Part shown: piece by piece, positions 16,196 to 25,560 of the stretch | Layout: each line of letters starts with the position of its first letter | How positions within the stretch are numbered: position 1 is the stretch's first letter | Source: a virus | Taxonomy: Duplodnaviria; Caudoviricetes | IMG/VR virus record: IMGVR_UViG_3300033076_000748 | Coordinates: 1 to 25,950 of that record | Strand: one strand, 5' to 3' | Length of the DNA stretch: 25,950 nucleotides | Position numbers and translations under genes: made by a program | Notes under the pieces: generated by a model | Told to the model about the DNA's origin: nothing | What the model saw: only the letters and a program-made list of their open reading frames with translations | The model's database searches: none

Positions 16196-19100
16196 ATGGC
16201 AAGAGAAAGAATTTACGAATACGTTTTTACACCTGGTACCGCAGGTCTAGGAACGGTCAAGGTACAAGGTCGCGTGAATCTCGAAGATTTCTTAGCTATC
16301 TACAACACTACAACCAACCAATCGATTTATAATTTTGGCGCACCAACGCAAGGCGGTTCTGTAAGTTGGGCAGCAGGTACAACCACTGACTTTCCTGCTG
16401 CTTATTCAGGTGTAACAACACTGACACTAGATCTCGATACCAGCACAATGAGTGCCAGCGACAAACTGGCCATCTACATTGAAGGCGAATACATTGCCAC
16501 CCAACCCTGGGCATTTGGCATGGATGCCATTGGGCGTAGCCGTGTTGCCAACCCAGAAGCGTTGATTGACGCTGACTTTGAATACGGTTTGCAAAACACC
16601 AAGTGGCAGAACTTCAGTACCAACAACAATATTCCAGGATTCTTTGAATACACAGGTGCTGACATTTATCTAGCAACTAACGGTTATGTTTCATTCCTTG
16701 CCGGAGACGATACAATTTCGTCTAACATCGACACATCTGTAAAACTCAGCAACCCAGGTACTCCTGAATGGGCGGCCAACGATTTTGCACTGCTTATTAG
16801 TCAAACACAAGGTAATACAACACCGCTAGTGACCACTTATGTTAGCACAGCAGTTCCAAGCCCACAAGAACGCACATTTAGTGTCGCAAGCACCACAGGT
16901 ATTTCAGCGAACGACAACGTATTATTATTGCCAATTCCGGCCAGCGCAGCAACTACTCTAGCAACAACCATTTCAAGCACAGGAACTACATCAGTTGTTG
17001 TGGCCAACGCAGCAGGTATTGTTGATGGCAATTATATCACAATTCAAACTGCCACAGCCAACGTTTATGAAGTTATGGCAGTGACTAACGTATCTGCAAA
17101 TACACTCACAGTTACTCGACGTACTAACAATACCAATGGTGCAGGCTCTAATATTAACTCAGGTCAAAACGTTTATGTTCTTGGAGAACCTGAAATTGCC
17201 AAAGTATATGAAGTTACAGATTCAACTACACTGCAATTGCAACGTGGTTGGTATAACATTCCCAGTGCAAACAGTTTGCCAGTTGGCAGTATTGTTCAAC
17301 GATTGTCGGGCAACGTTGAATTGGTTGAACATACTTCTGTTAGTACAGCAGTTAATGGCACACAAACTATTAGCCGTAGTGCATATGGAACAACAGCATT
17401 GACCGCAGCTGGTGCTGGATCTTTAATGGTTCGCATGACTGGTATGTACAATGCCAGCACAAATTCCAGCGTTCCGTTGGTTGGCGTCAATGCACCAGAT
17501 CATGGTATCTCAAGCGGCGAAGGCGAATACTGTACAGTGCTCAACACATACAGCAGTAATGCTGAAGGTCTAAACATTGTCAGTGCGCTGGGTTATAACA
17601 CCAATAACTTCAGTTACTATCCGCACAGAGACGTTGCTCTAGCGTTGGGTTATACGCTGAACCAAACTGATACAGTGGTACGTGAAGCATATCCATTCGA
17701 TGGCGCAGATCTTGATATTACAAGTATCACCAGCGATGGCGGTAACCCAAGTACAATCACTGTTACTACAACTTATGCTCACGGTTTGGTACCAGGTACT
17801 CCTATCTTATGTAACTTGCGCACAGGCACAAACTACGCCTACGGTTTGGGTAGTTTCTTAATCCTCAGTGTGCCAAGCACAACTACATTTACATATCAAG
17901 CAAAAGCAGGTGCAGCAGTATCTGGCTCTATCACAGGTGTGATCAACGTTCGTTCCAACGCAACATTCTTGCCAAGACCATTTGACGGTGGTGTTATCTT
18001 GGGCCCAGGTGTTCCAACACACGGTGCCAGTGCTATTCGTCAAACTAAAAAGTACTTCCGTTATCAATCTGGTAAGGGCATTTTGTTCACGTCTGGTACA
18101 ATGTTAAGACCTACATTTGATATTACTACTCTCAGTGCCAACGGCACCGCAGTTAATAGTACTATTACTGTTACTACAGACCTTGAAAACGGGTTGCAAA
18201 AAGGTGCTGTGATTGGAATTTCGGGCGTATATACGTCAGGATACACAAGATCTGGTTATGTAGTAACTGACATTATCAGCGATACAGCATTTACAGTTCA
18301 AGCACAGGTAGAACTTGGTTCTGCAACACCTGACCTGGCACCTCAACCTCGTGTCAATGCTGAAGGTTGGCACGGTAGTTCAATCCGCGCAGGTATCTTT
18401 GACGATCAAAACGGTATGTTCTGGGAGTGTGATGGTACCAACATCAACGTGGTACAACGTAGCTCAACATTCCAGGTAGCTGGTTATGTGTCAGTTGGCG
18501 TCGGATCTAACTTGGTTGTTGGTGATACAATTTGCCGATTCCAAGACCAACTCAACAACGGCGATATTGTTGTTATACGCGGCATGACCCATACAGTGAC
18601 AAGTATTTTAGATCAGGCCCGTATGACAGTTGTGCCGCCTTATCGTGGTGTGAGTAACCAAAACCGTGTTAAGATGTGTTTGCGCCAAGAAATTCGCGTA
18701 CATCAAGCAGATTTCAACATTGACCCATTAGACGGTACAGGTCCAAGCGGATACACATTAGATCCAAGCAAGATGCAGATGTTGGGTGTGGAATACTCAT
18801 GGTACGGTGCAGGTTATGTACAGTGGATGATTCGTGGTCAGCTAGGCGAGTTCATCATGGCACACCGTCGTCCTAACAACAACTTAAACAACGAAGCATA
18901 CCTGCGTTCAGGTAACTTGCCAGCACGTTACGAAGCCATCAATGAAAGCCCAGTTAATAGTCTAGCAAGTGCAATTGACGATGTTCAAACAAGCATTACA
19001 CTAAATGATGCAACAGAATACCCAAGCGCCAGCGTAACGTATCCTGCATTTGTTATGATTGACAGTGAGATCATCAAGTATTCAGGCAAAGCAGGCAACA

Positions 19101-20158
19101 CATTAACTGGTTGCACACGTGCCGCTACATTTACACAATGGATTGAAGGTGCAAACCGTAGCTTTACATCTAGTGCAGCAACAAGCCACGCAACTAATAC
19201 AGGTGTTATTTTGATTAGCAACACTTGTGCGCCACTAGTTAACCACTGGGGCTCATCAGTTATTATGGATGGTAACTTTGACGGCGACCAAGGCTATCAA
19301 TTTACATATTCAAGAAACAACTACGGTTTGCCAGCAACAGTTGGTTTGAAACAAGTGGCATTCTGTATGCGACTAGCACCTAGTGTATCTAACTCAATCA
19401 TTGGTAACCTAGGCGAGCGTGACTTGATCAACCGCGCACAAGTTACACTTAACAACATGGTGTTTAACATTACTGCTGGACGTTATCTTGTTGAAGGCAT
19501 TTTAAATCCAAGCAACATTGACGCTTCGGCTACTAGTTGGACAGGCTTAAACAATCTTGGTGGCGGATATCAGCCTAGCTTCTGTGAATTCTCAACAGCG
19601 CCAACTTACACTGACCAAACAACAGGTGGTGTAACATCTAGCACTTTTGGATCAGGTGGCGGCTTTACAAAATCTGGTACTAAGATTGTAACCAGCAGTT
19701 CTAAAACTTATGCAGGGTTGAGTTTGACCAACGTGTCTAGTTCAGGGTCAGGCGCCAACGTTACTGTTCAATTGACTTCTACTGGTACAACCTACAACAA
19801 TAATACAGTGCAAATTACAGTTCAAAATCCAGGTACTGGATATGCGGTTGGTGATACTGTTAAGATTCTTGGAACATCGTTGGGTGGGGCAACGCCAGCA
19901 AACGATCTAAACTTAACCATTGCTGCTATTACAACAGAACTAGTGGGCGGTGAGCGTTTGTTTGCTATTCCGATTTCAACAACTAACTCAGGCCAACTAG
20001 ACTTGAGCTCAGTTAAACAAATTGGTACCAGTGCTATCCCGGGCACTGGAGTATATCCAAACGGACCAGAGGTACTGGCAATTCAGATTACTGCGTTGGT
20101 TACTTCAACAACACCAGTTGGTGAGATACAGCTACAGTATTTCGAAAGCCAGGCTTAA
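16196..20158 (+). CDS. large virion structural protein (1320 aa)
   Basis: Long ORF coupled to the fibre cluster, Thr/Gly/Ser-rich, with repeated small beta modules (TITVTTTYAHGL / TITVTTDLENGL; NTLTVTRR / NTLTGCTR). Confidence 0.75.
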   Translation: MARERIYEYVFTPGTAGLGTVKVQGRVNLEDFLAIYNTTTNQSIYNFGAPTQGGSVSWAAGTTTDFPAAYSGVTTLTLDLDTSTMSASDKLAIYIEGEYIATQPWAFGMDAIGRSRVANPEALIDADFEYGLQNTKWQNFSTNNNIPGFFEYTGADIYLATNGYVSFLAGDDTISSNIDTSVKLSNPGTPEWAANDFALLISQTQGNTTPLVTTYVSTAVPSPQERTFSVASTTGISANDNVLLLPIPASAATTLATTISSTGTTSVVVANAAGIVDGNYITIQTATANVYEVMAVTNVSANTLTVTRRTNNTNGAGSNINSGQNVYVLGEPEIAKVYEVTDSTTLQLQRGWYNIPSANSLPVGSIVQRLSGNVELVEHTSVSTAVNGTQTISRSAYGTTALTAAGAGSLMVRMTGMYNASTNSSVPLVGVNAPDHGISSGEGEYCTVLNTYSSNAEGLNIVSALGYNTNNFSYYPHRDVALALGYTLNQTDTVVREAYPFDGADLDITSITSDGGNPSTITVTTTYAHGLVPGTPILCNLRTGTNYAYGLGSFLILSVPSTTTFTYQAKAGAAVSGSITGVINVRSNATFLPRPFDGGVILGPGVPTHGASAIRQTKKYFRYQSGKGILFTSGTMLRPTFDITTLSANGTAVNSTITVTTDLENGLQKGAVIGISGVYTSGYTRSGYVVTDIISDTAFTVQAQVELGSATPDLAPQPRVNAEGWHGSSIRAGIFDDQNGMFWECDGTNINVVQRSSTFQVAGYVSVGVGSNLVVGDTICRFQDQLNNGDIVVIRGMTHTVTSILDQARMTVVPPYRGVSNQNRVKMCLRQEIRVHQADFNIDPLDGTGPSGYTLDPSKMQMLGVEYSWYGAGYVQWMIRGQLGEFIMAHRRPNNNLNNEAYLRSGNLPARYEAINESPVNSLASAIDDVQTSITLNDATEYPSASVTYPAFVMIDSEIIKYSGKAGNTLTGCTRAATFTQWIEGANRSFTSSAATSHATNTGVILISNTCAPLVNHWGSSVIMDGNFDGDQGYQFTYSRNNYGLPATVGLKQVAFCMRLAPSVSNSIIGNLGERDLINRAQVTLNNMVFNITAGRYLVEGILNPSNIDASATSWTGLNNLGGGYQPSFCEFSTAPTYTDQTTGGVTSSTFGSGGGFTKSGTKIVTSSSKTYAGLSLTNVSSSGSGANVTVQLTSTGTTYNNNTVQITVQNPGTGYAVGDTVKILGTSLGGATPANDLNLTIAAITTELVGGERLFAIPISTTNSGQLDLSSVKQIGTSAIPGTGVYPNGPEVLAIQITALVTSTTPVGEIQLQYFESQA

Positions 20159-20589
20159 CGAACAAGATCCTGCTCAACCAGCAGGATTTTGCTTTGTACA
20201 GCTTCGATATTAACTGTGCTCCAGAGCCCCGGATGCATGGGACGGGGGAATGTGCCTGAGTCAATCCAGGCATATCCAATGTGCTCATCGTTGAGCGTAG
20301 GAACAAATTCAAATGCTACTATACAAACCCATGTATGGTATTCAAAAACACCATCAGAGCCGGTGAATTTTTCTAACGGGATAAGTTTTTTGTAGGCAGG
20401 AAAATATCCAAGTTCCTCAATGCATTCACGTTCCATTCCGCCCAACAGTGTTTCGCCTTCTTCGACTTTGCCACCAGGAAGTCCCCATGCACCTGGATGC
20501 TTTGGGTCATTGCGTAGTAGATAAAGATAGCGTCCTGTAGATGCACTACGGAACCAAACACCTACTGCCTTCAAAGTACGAGTCTCCAT
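20155..20589 (-). CDS. Nudix hydrolase (144 aa)
   Basis: Intact Nudix box G-KVEEG-E-TLLGGME-RECIEELGY. Start reassigned to ATG 20589 (METRTLK, GGTGG upstream) because the longer ORF overlaps the upstream gene by 151 nt. Confidence 0.9.
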   Translation of the reverse strand: METRTLKAVGVWFRSASTGRYLYLLRNDPKHPGAWGLPGGKVEEGETLLGGMERECIEELGYFPAYKKLIPLEKFTGSDGVFEYHTWVCIVAFEFVPTLNDEHIGYAWIDSGTFPRPMHPGLWSTVNIEAVQSKILLVEQDLVR

Positions 20590-21953
20590 GTACCACCCGG
20601 ATATACACCTTGATAACTTTTGATCCACTCTGTGCCAGTCCATAGGTACTGAACCGCAGTGGTTAGATTGGTGACAAATTGTTCGCCGGGCTGTGCTGTG
20701 GCTAAAAACACAATGCGCCATGCAGAACCATCGTACTCAATGATGTCATTGGCACTGGCTTCAATTTGACGACCGTACGGGCCAATCCATGGTTGAGCCG
20801 AACCTACATTATCAGTTAATAGATAACGTTGTCCCACAGCAGCCGCTGGTAACCCAGCACCCGGCGCACTGGTCAGTGGATTTATGATAGCGTCGATTGC
20901 CGTGAGAGTGTTTTGTGGCACAGTATCTGCGTCGATATCAATCAACAAGAAACGGTCGTCATTGGGGTCTATTGCAACAGTACCAACAACATCAGTTCCA
21001 TCTGGTTGCTCAAATTTAATCTGACTAATACCAGGACGCAACGCACCGTAGATACTGATCACAGCTGGCCATAATAGGTTAGAGTCGGGTACGATTTCTG
21101 TAGGAGTCAAGCTGTTGTTGTATGGCTCATCAACAATATTTTTTTGCTGCAAACATTGTACTTTGTTGCCAATCAACACAGTGGCATAGTTAAATGGTGT
21201 AATAACTTGTCTGGTGCCCAACAACAGGTCGTTATTGTAAATTGCTTCGGATGCATCACCTTGTGCGTCATAGATGCTGGCCACCACACGTTCGACAACC
21301 CCCAGTTTCTTGACTTTGGCGGGCGAGCTGATCCAAATTGGCAGGCTGAATTTCAGCGTAGCGATATCAATGGGATTTTCTGTGCCCATAGGGATAGTTC
21401 TTGAAGTCCATTGCACAGAATCAAGTTCTACAACACTCAAACTGGTCCAGTCCAAGTAGTTGTCAGTGCTTTGAATTTCCAAACTGGGGTTAAACAGTGT
21501 AAGCATCTGCTCTAGCAATTGCATCTTTTGGTTGGTGTTGCTGGTCCAAATGTCCAGTGTAAGTCCTAACTTGTATGGAACAGGCATCAGTCGTTCAATT
21601 GTAAAAGCATTGCCTTGTGTAGTTTCGTAACTGTCTGTGGATTCATCGTAGGTGCGTTGGCGCACACTGATTTTACTGACATGATAAGGTTCTTGCATTC
21701 TAGGACGATCGTAATCCAATGCATGAATGTAGAATGTCATCAATGGTGTTGATGGCAAGCTGCTGGCTGAGTTTTGTTGAATAATTGTTTGTGCGTTGCG
21801 GCTAGCATCACCATATCGAACAGGCACACGCAACAATGTTGCATTGTTTGTGCCATCGTTTTCGTTGCCATACTCTACTTGAAAGTTTGATACCATTCTA
21901 GTAAATTGCAGTAAGAATCTGCGTATTTGGGCATCATAAAAGAACTGTTGCAT
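20571..21953 (-). CDS. tail completion/sheath stabiliser, T4 gp15-like, with C-terminal extension
   Basis: FFYDAQIRRFLLQF, VPVRYG, MPVPYKL, QLLEQMLTLFNP and ATLKFSLPIWI follow the gp15-family motif order; located downstream of the gp14-like gene. Confidence 0.75.
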   Translation of the reverse strand: MQQFFYDAQIRRFLLQFTRMVSNFQVEYGNENDGTNNATLLRVPVRYGDASRNAQTIIQQNSASSLPSTPLMTFYIHALDYDRPRMQEPYHVSKISVRQRTYDESTDSYETTQGNAFTIERLMPVPYKLGLTLDIWTSNTNQKMQLLEQMLTLFNPSLEIQSTDNYLDWTSLSVVELDSVQWTSRTIPMGTENPIDIATLKFSLPIWISSPAKVKKLGVVERVVASIYDAQGDASEAIYNNDLLLGTRQVITPFNYATVLIGNKVQCLQQKNIVDEPYNNSLTPTEIVPDSNLLWPAVISIYGALRPGISQIKFEQPDGTDVVGTVAIDPNDDRFLLIDIDADTVPQNTLTAIDAIINPLTSAPGAGLPAAAVGQRYLLTDNVGSAQPWIGPYGRQIEASANDIIEYDGSAWRIVFLATAQPGEQFVTNLTTAVQYLWTGTEWIKSYQGVYPGGTWRLVL

Positions 21954-21955
21954 GT

Positions 21956-23494
21956 TTAACTCGATTTCTGTCCAGGTTGTGTAAGCGGATATGGGTTAGG
22001 TGGATAATTTCCTCCGTTGTCTCCGTTATCTGCTTTAGGCTTGAGCAATTCACTCAAGCTCTGACGACTTGGGATATTGCCCATGTCTGTGGTTGGTACA
22101 GTGTATGTATTGTTAACAAATGACGAGCGTAAAGTATCGTTGGTATTGCCGTTGTTGAGATTGGTGCGCACTTTGTCCTCAATTTTAATCCAGCGTGATC
22201 CATTGTAACGGAACAAGCGATTTGGGAAATAATCCAGTCGCAAGGCATAATCGCCTGCTACAGGATTCAATGGGAATGCCACACCAGAAGTAACTGGCAA
22301 ACCATTTGGCGGAACACCGTCGCCAGTTAGGTAACCCTGTGTATAACCGTTGCTATCTGGGCTAGTGCTCATGCCACCTTGTGTGCCATCTACTGTGATT
22401 GTTTGATCAGCAGTGACACTGCTTGGATTGGCAGGTCCTGCGCTAGTGCCAGTGTATGGGTCCCAGAACTGACCGTTAGTAATAGCTACACCAGCAGGAA
22501 CACTTTGCAATGCTATGTAATAATTTGAGCCAACATTGACAATGGCACCGGTGTTATAAACTGTGCCCTGATCCCAAAGATTAAACGTAGTTGGGATAAA
22601 TGGTGCCGGAGTGTTTTCTGGAACAACATAGAATTTTGTTGTGTCGTAACCACTGAGTGGAACATCCACATCTGCTTGTGTAAGAATAGCATCGTTGATT
22701 TGTGTGTCTTTGGTACGAGTACCCATCAAATCGCTTTGAGTTAATGGATCGTATAGTTCCCAATAGGTAGTGTTTGTGATATCAATGTCAGCGGGTGTAT
22801 TAATCTTGGCTTGATAATATACATCACCTTGATTAACAATGCTGCCTGCTGGATAAAAGTTTCCATTGTCCCATATAGTAGAATTGACCATGGGCTTTTT
22901 AAGCACGTCTTTAAATTCTTGTGAATCTGTAAGCGGAGTAGCCTTCACACGCCACAAGTGTGGTAGCCAAGTTTGGCTAAAACCTTCGCTGGCAAATGCT
23001 GCATCCTGCACAACATAATATTTTGGCATTGGCTGCGGTATAGCAGAATTCAGTGGATTATAGTCTTTTAAATTTGGAATCTCTAATACATCGCCGTTCA
23101 TGAGCTTGCGCCCAAACGTATCAATCATGTCGTTGTAGTGGAACGTAATAAACAATGTATCGTTGTTTAAAAACAGTCCAAATTGTGTTAGGTCAAAGTC
23201 AATGTCTTGTTGGCGATACACGCCACGCATGACATAGATATCTTGATCGTAAATTCTGTCGCGGTTTTCTAACAACAGCAAATCTTGAATGTTTAAGGGA
23301 TTTAGTTCATCGTAAATCGGCTGTGTCGCATCTGCGTTGCCCGAAAGCGCAGAGTCCTCGCCACCAGTTTGCGGACCCATATACTTATGGACAAAAATGT
23401 CCAATCCCCCGACGGTGTACATTTCGGAGATTGTGCGATCCAAAAATTGGTAATCGCGGGTTCGATTTGGGCGGTATAGACTTAGGCGTGGCAT
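21956..23494 (-). CDS. neck/head-closure protein, T4 gp14-like, with two inserted CBM5/12-like repeats
   Basis: DLTQFGLFLNNDTLFITFH...GDVLEIP resembles the gp14 core; position next to gp15-like gene; late box upstream. Confidence 0.65.
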   Translation of the reverse strand: MPRLSLYRPNRTRDYQFLDRTISEMYTVGGLDIFVHKYMGPQTGGEDSALSGNADATQPIYDELNPLNIQDLLLLENRDRIYDQDIYVMRGVYRQQDIDFDLTQFGLFLNNDTLFITFHYNDMIDTFGRKLMNGDVLEIPNLKDYNPLNSAIPQPMPKYYVVQDAAFASEGFSQTWLPHLWRVKATPLTDSQEFKDVLKKPMVNSTIWDNGNFYPAGSIVNQGDVYYQAKINTPADIDITNTTYWELYDPLTQSDLMGTRTKDTQINDAILTQADVDVPLSGYDTTKFYVVPENTPAPFIPTTFNLWDQGTVYNTGAIVNVGSNYYIALQSVPAGVAITNGQFWDPYTGTSAGPANPSSVTADQTITVDGTQGGMSTSPDSNGYTQGYLTGDGVPPNGLPVTSGVAFPLNPVAGDYALRLDYFPNRLFRYNGSRWIKIEDKVRTNLNNGNTNDTLRSSFVNNTYTVPTTDMGNIPSRQSLSELLKPKADNGDNGGNYPPNPYPLTQPGQKSS

Positions 23495-23500
23495 AATGTG

Positions 23501-23508
23501 TATTTATG
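23501..23508 (-). promoter_or_regulatory. late-promoter-like CATAAATA box
   Basis: 6 nt upstream of the ATG at 23494, no SD between. Confidence 0.65.
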
Positions 23509-23514
23509 GGCAGG

Positions 23515-23543
23515 TTGACGGATAAATGAGCAAGTGTTATAAT
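23515..23543 (+). promoter_or_regulatory. sigma70-type (early) promoter
   Basis: TTGACG-17 nt-TATAAT with TGn extension, then SD AAGGAG before ATG 23570. Confidence 0.85.
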
Positions 23544-23569
23544 TACATAAATCACAGCAAGGAGCCCAA

Positions 23570-24709
23570 ATGGTTACTGTAGTAAAAAGTATTAAACCCC
23601 TGAATCCCCGTAGCCCAGACACAAAGTATGTTGGGGACGAGCCTCTTTGGCGCGAGCAACCCACAGAACATCGCTTTACTGCCCTGAGTCGTGCGTTTAA
23701 TTGGTACAACTATTTCTACGGCAAAAAAGAAGCCAAGGACTTTATTGCTTCTTATTTGGACCGCCACGAGCGTGTCAAGGATGCTAAAAAGATTCGCGCC
23801 ATCCCTGACAGTCAAATTCGCCTAACCACAGGTTGGTTGTGTCGTATGAGCGACATGGGACTGCAACTTGACGAGCACGAACTTATCAAGCTGGACAATC
23901 TTATTACAGAATTGCTGTCGCTCAAAGAGCAGGCCAAAGAAGAAGTCGCAGTAGAAGAAGAGTCAGTCCCCAAGGTCACTATCCAAGATCGCCTGCGTGA
24001 CAAAGTAAGCGAATGTTTAGGCGAACTTGACGGATTGTTTGACGAATTTGTTACTGCTGGTGCCAAGCTCAATGCTGATTACAAACCAGTGAGCTTAATG
24101 CGCTCAATGAACATTGCTCCACAAATGATCCATATGATCAAAGATGTGTGGGCAAAGAAACTGATCGAGTTTGAAGATGCTGTCGCCGGCAAGGATCCAG
24201 ACCTTGCAAAAGCCTATGACTACATGAACAAAAACCAGCTCAAGCAGTGCGTTAAGTTTTGCGAGTTGGTGTTGAGCGATTGTGGCTCATATGTGCAGAT
24301 CAAGAAAGTGGAACGCAAGCCTCGCAAGGTCAAGCCTGTGAGTCCAGAGAAAAAAGCAGCCAAGTTTAAGATTTGCACTGAGTTTGCTGAGCTCAAACTC
24401 AAGTCGTTACCAGCCGCACAGCTTGTGGATAAGAGCGAAGCCTGGTTATACGACGCTAAAAAGCGCAAGCTGATCCACCTTGTTGCAGACGAGTATGCCA
24501 AAGTATTCACAGTTAAAAACAATGCTGTGATTGGGTTCAGTACCGTAGAAACTGTGCAGAAAACGCTTCGCAAGCCAGCTGAGCAACTCAAGCAAATCAC
24601 AAGTATTGGAAAGCCGGCGGCTCGCAAATACTTCAAGGACATCAAAGCCACTGAAGTAGCATGGAATGCTCGTGGCACAGAGAACTTGGTGGTGCTCCGC
24701 GTCTGGTAA
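23570..24709 (+). CDS. hypothetical early protein (379 aa, Lys/Glu-rich)
   Basis: Strong promoter and SD, long ORF, highly charged helical composition; no motif recognised. Confidence 0.8.
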   Translation: MVTVVKSIKPLNPRSPDTKYVGDEPLWREQPTEHRFTALSRAFNWYNYFYGKKEAKDFIASYLDRHERVKDAKKIRAIPDSQIRLTTGWLCRMSDMGLQLDEHELIKLDNLITELLSLKEQAKEEVAVEEESVPKVTIQDRLRDKVSECLGELDGLFDEFVTAGAKLNADYKPVSLMRSMNIAPQMIHMIKDVWAKKLIEFEDAVAGKDPDLAKAYDYMNKNQLKQCVKFCELVLSDCGSYVQIKKVERKPRKVKPVSPEKKAAKFKICTEFAELKLKSLPAAQLVDKSEAWLYDAKKRKLIHLVADEYAKVFTVKNNAVIGFSTVETVQKTLRKPAEQLKQITSIGKPAARKYFKDIKATEVAWNARGTENLVVLRVW

Positions 24710-24725
24710 CTCGAAGCGTTGTAGA

Positions 24726-24757
24726 ACTCCGTTGCTGGCTAAATATAGCAACGGAGT
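24726..24757 (+). promoter_or_regulatory. 11-bp hairpin sequestering SD, late box TAAATA in loop
   Basis: ACTCCGTTGCT (24726-24736)/AGCAACGGAGT (24747-24757). TAAATA at 24740-24745; GGAG at 24753-24756, 7 nt before ATG. Confidence 0.8.
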
Positions 24758-24763
24758 GCCAAA

Positions 24764-25525
24764 ATGCCACAAGACACGCTTCAAGAAGCAAAGCAAAATC
24801 TCATCGAATATGTAAAGCTACAATTAGGTGATCAAATCATCGACTTGGAGCTTGACCCTAGCCACTACGAATCAGCGTATCAAAAGACCATTGGGACGTA
24901 TCGCCAACGAGCTCAAAATGCTTACGAAGAAGCATACATCTTTATGGAATTGATCAAAGATGAAAACATCTATACCCTGCCGCAAGAAGTAGCCAGTGTG
25001 CGACAAGTGTTCCGTAGAACATTTGGTGATTCAACTGGACCATTTGCGTCAAACTTTGACCCGTTTGCACAGGCAAGTTTGAACGTTTATTTGATGAACT
25101 TCAACGTAGCTGGCGGCCTGGCCACTTACGATTTCTACAGTCAGTATGTTGAACTAGCAGGGCGTATGTTTGGTGCTTACATGAATTACACTTGGAACCC
25201 TGTGACCAAAAAACTACAGTTAATCCGTGATCCCAAGGGCACAGGCGAATATGTGTTGCTTTGGGTATATCAGCTCAAACCCGAAATTCAATTACTTGCA
25301 GATTACCAAATCGGACAATGGATGCGCGATTACATGGTTGCCAACTGTAAAATGATCATTGGCGAAGCACGTGAGAAGTTTGCAAGCATTGCTGGACCAC
25401 AAGGTGGCACAAACCTAAACGGCACACAAATGAAAACTGAAGCCAAAGCAGACATGGACGCATTGTTATTGCAATTGGTCAATTATGTGGATGCAAGCCA
25501 GCCACTAACTTGGGTAATTGGCTAA
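24764..25525 (+). CDS. neck protein/head-tail adaptor, T4 gp13-like
   Basis: LIEYVKLQLGDQIIDLEL N-terminus and WMRDY...K..IGEAREKFASIAGPQGGTNLNG..MK.EA C-terminus match the gp13-family pattern. Confidence 0.8.
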   Translation: MPQDTLQEAKQNLIEYVKLQLGDQIIDLELDPSHYESAYQKTIGTYRQRAQNAYEEAYIFMELIKDENIYTLPQEVASVRQVFRRTFGDSTGPFASNFDPFAQASLNVYLMNFNVAGGLATYDFYSQYVELAGRMFGAYMNYTWNPVTKKLQLIRDPKGTGEYVLLWVYQLKPEIQLLADYQIGQWMRDYMVANCKMIIGEAREKFASIAGPQGGTNLNGTQMKTEAKADMDALLLQLVNYVDASQPLTWVIG

Positions 25526-25554
25526 TTGACACCTTAGTGCAATGATGCTATAAT
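25526..25554 (+). promoter_or_regulatory. perfect consensus sigma70 promoter
   Basis: TTGACA-17 nt-TATAAT with TGn extension; ATG follows 6 nt later. Confidence 0.9.
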
Positions 25555-25560
25555 AGCATT

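Noticed and set aside
20590-20721. N-terminal 44 aa of the 188-aa Nudix ORF
   Set aside because: Overlaps the gp15-like gene and looks non-protein-like; ATG 20589 fits a normal Nudix size.
23482-24796. Antisense ORFs (75-152 aa) across the 379-aa gene
   Set aside because: They shadow a gene with a clear promoter and SD and show no recognisable motifs.
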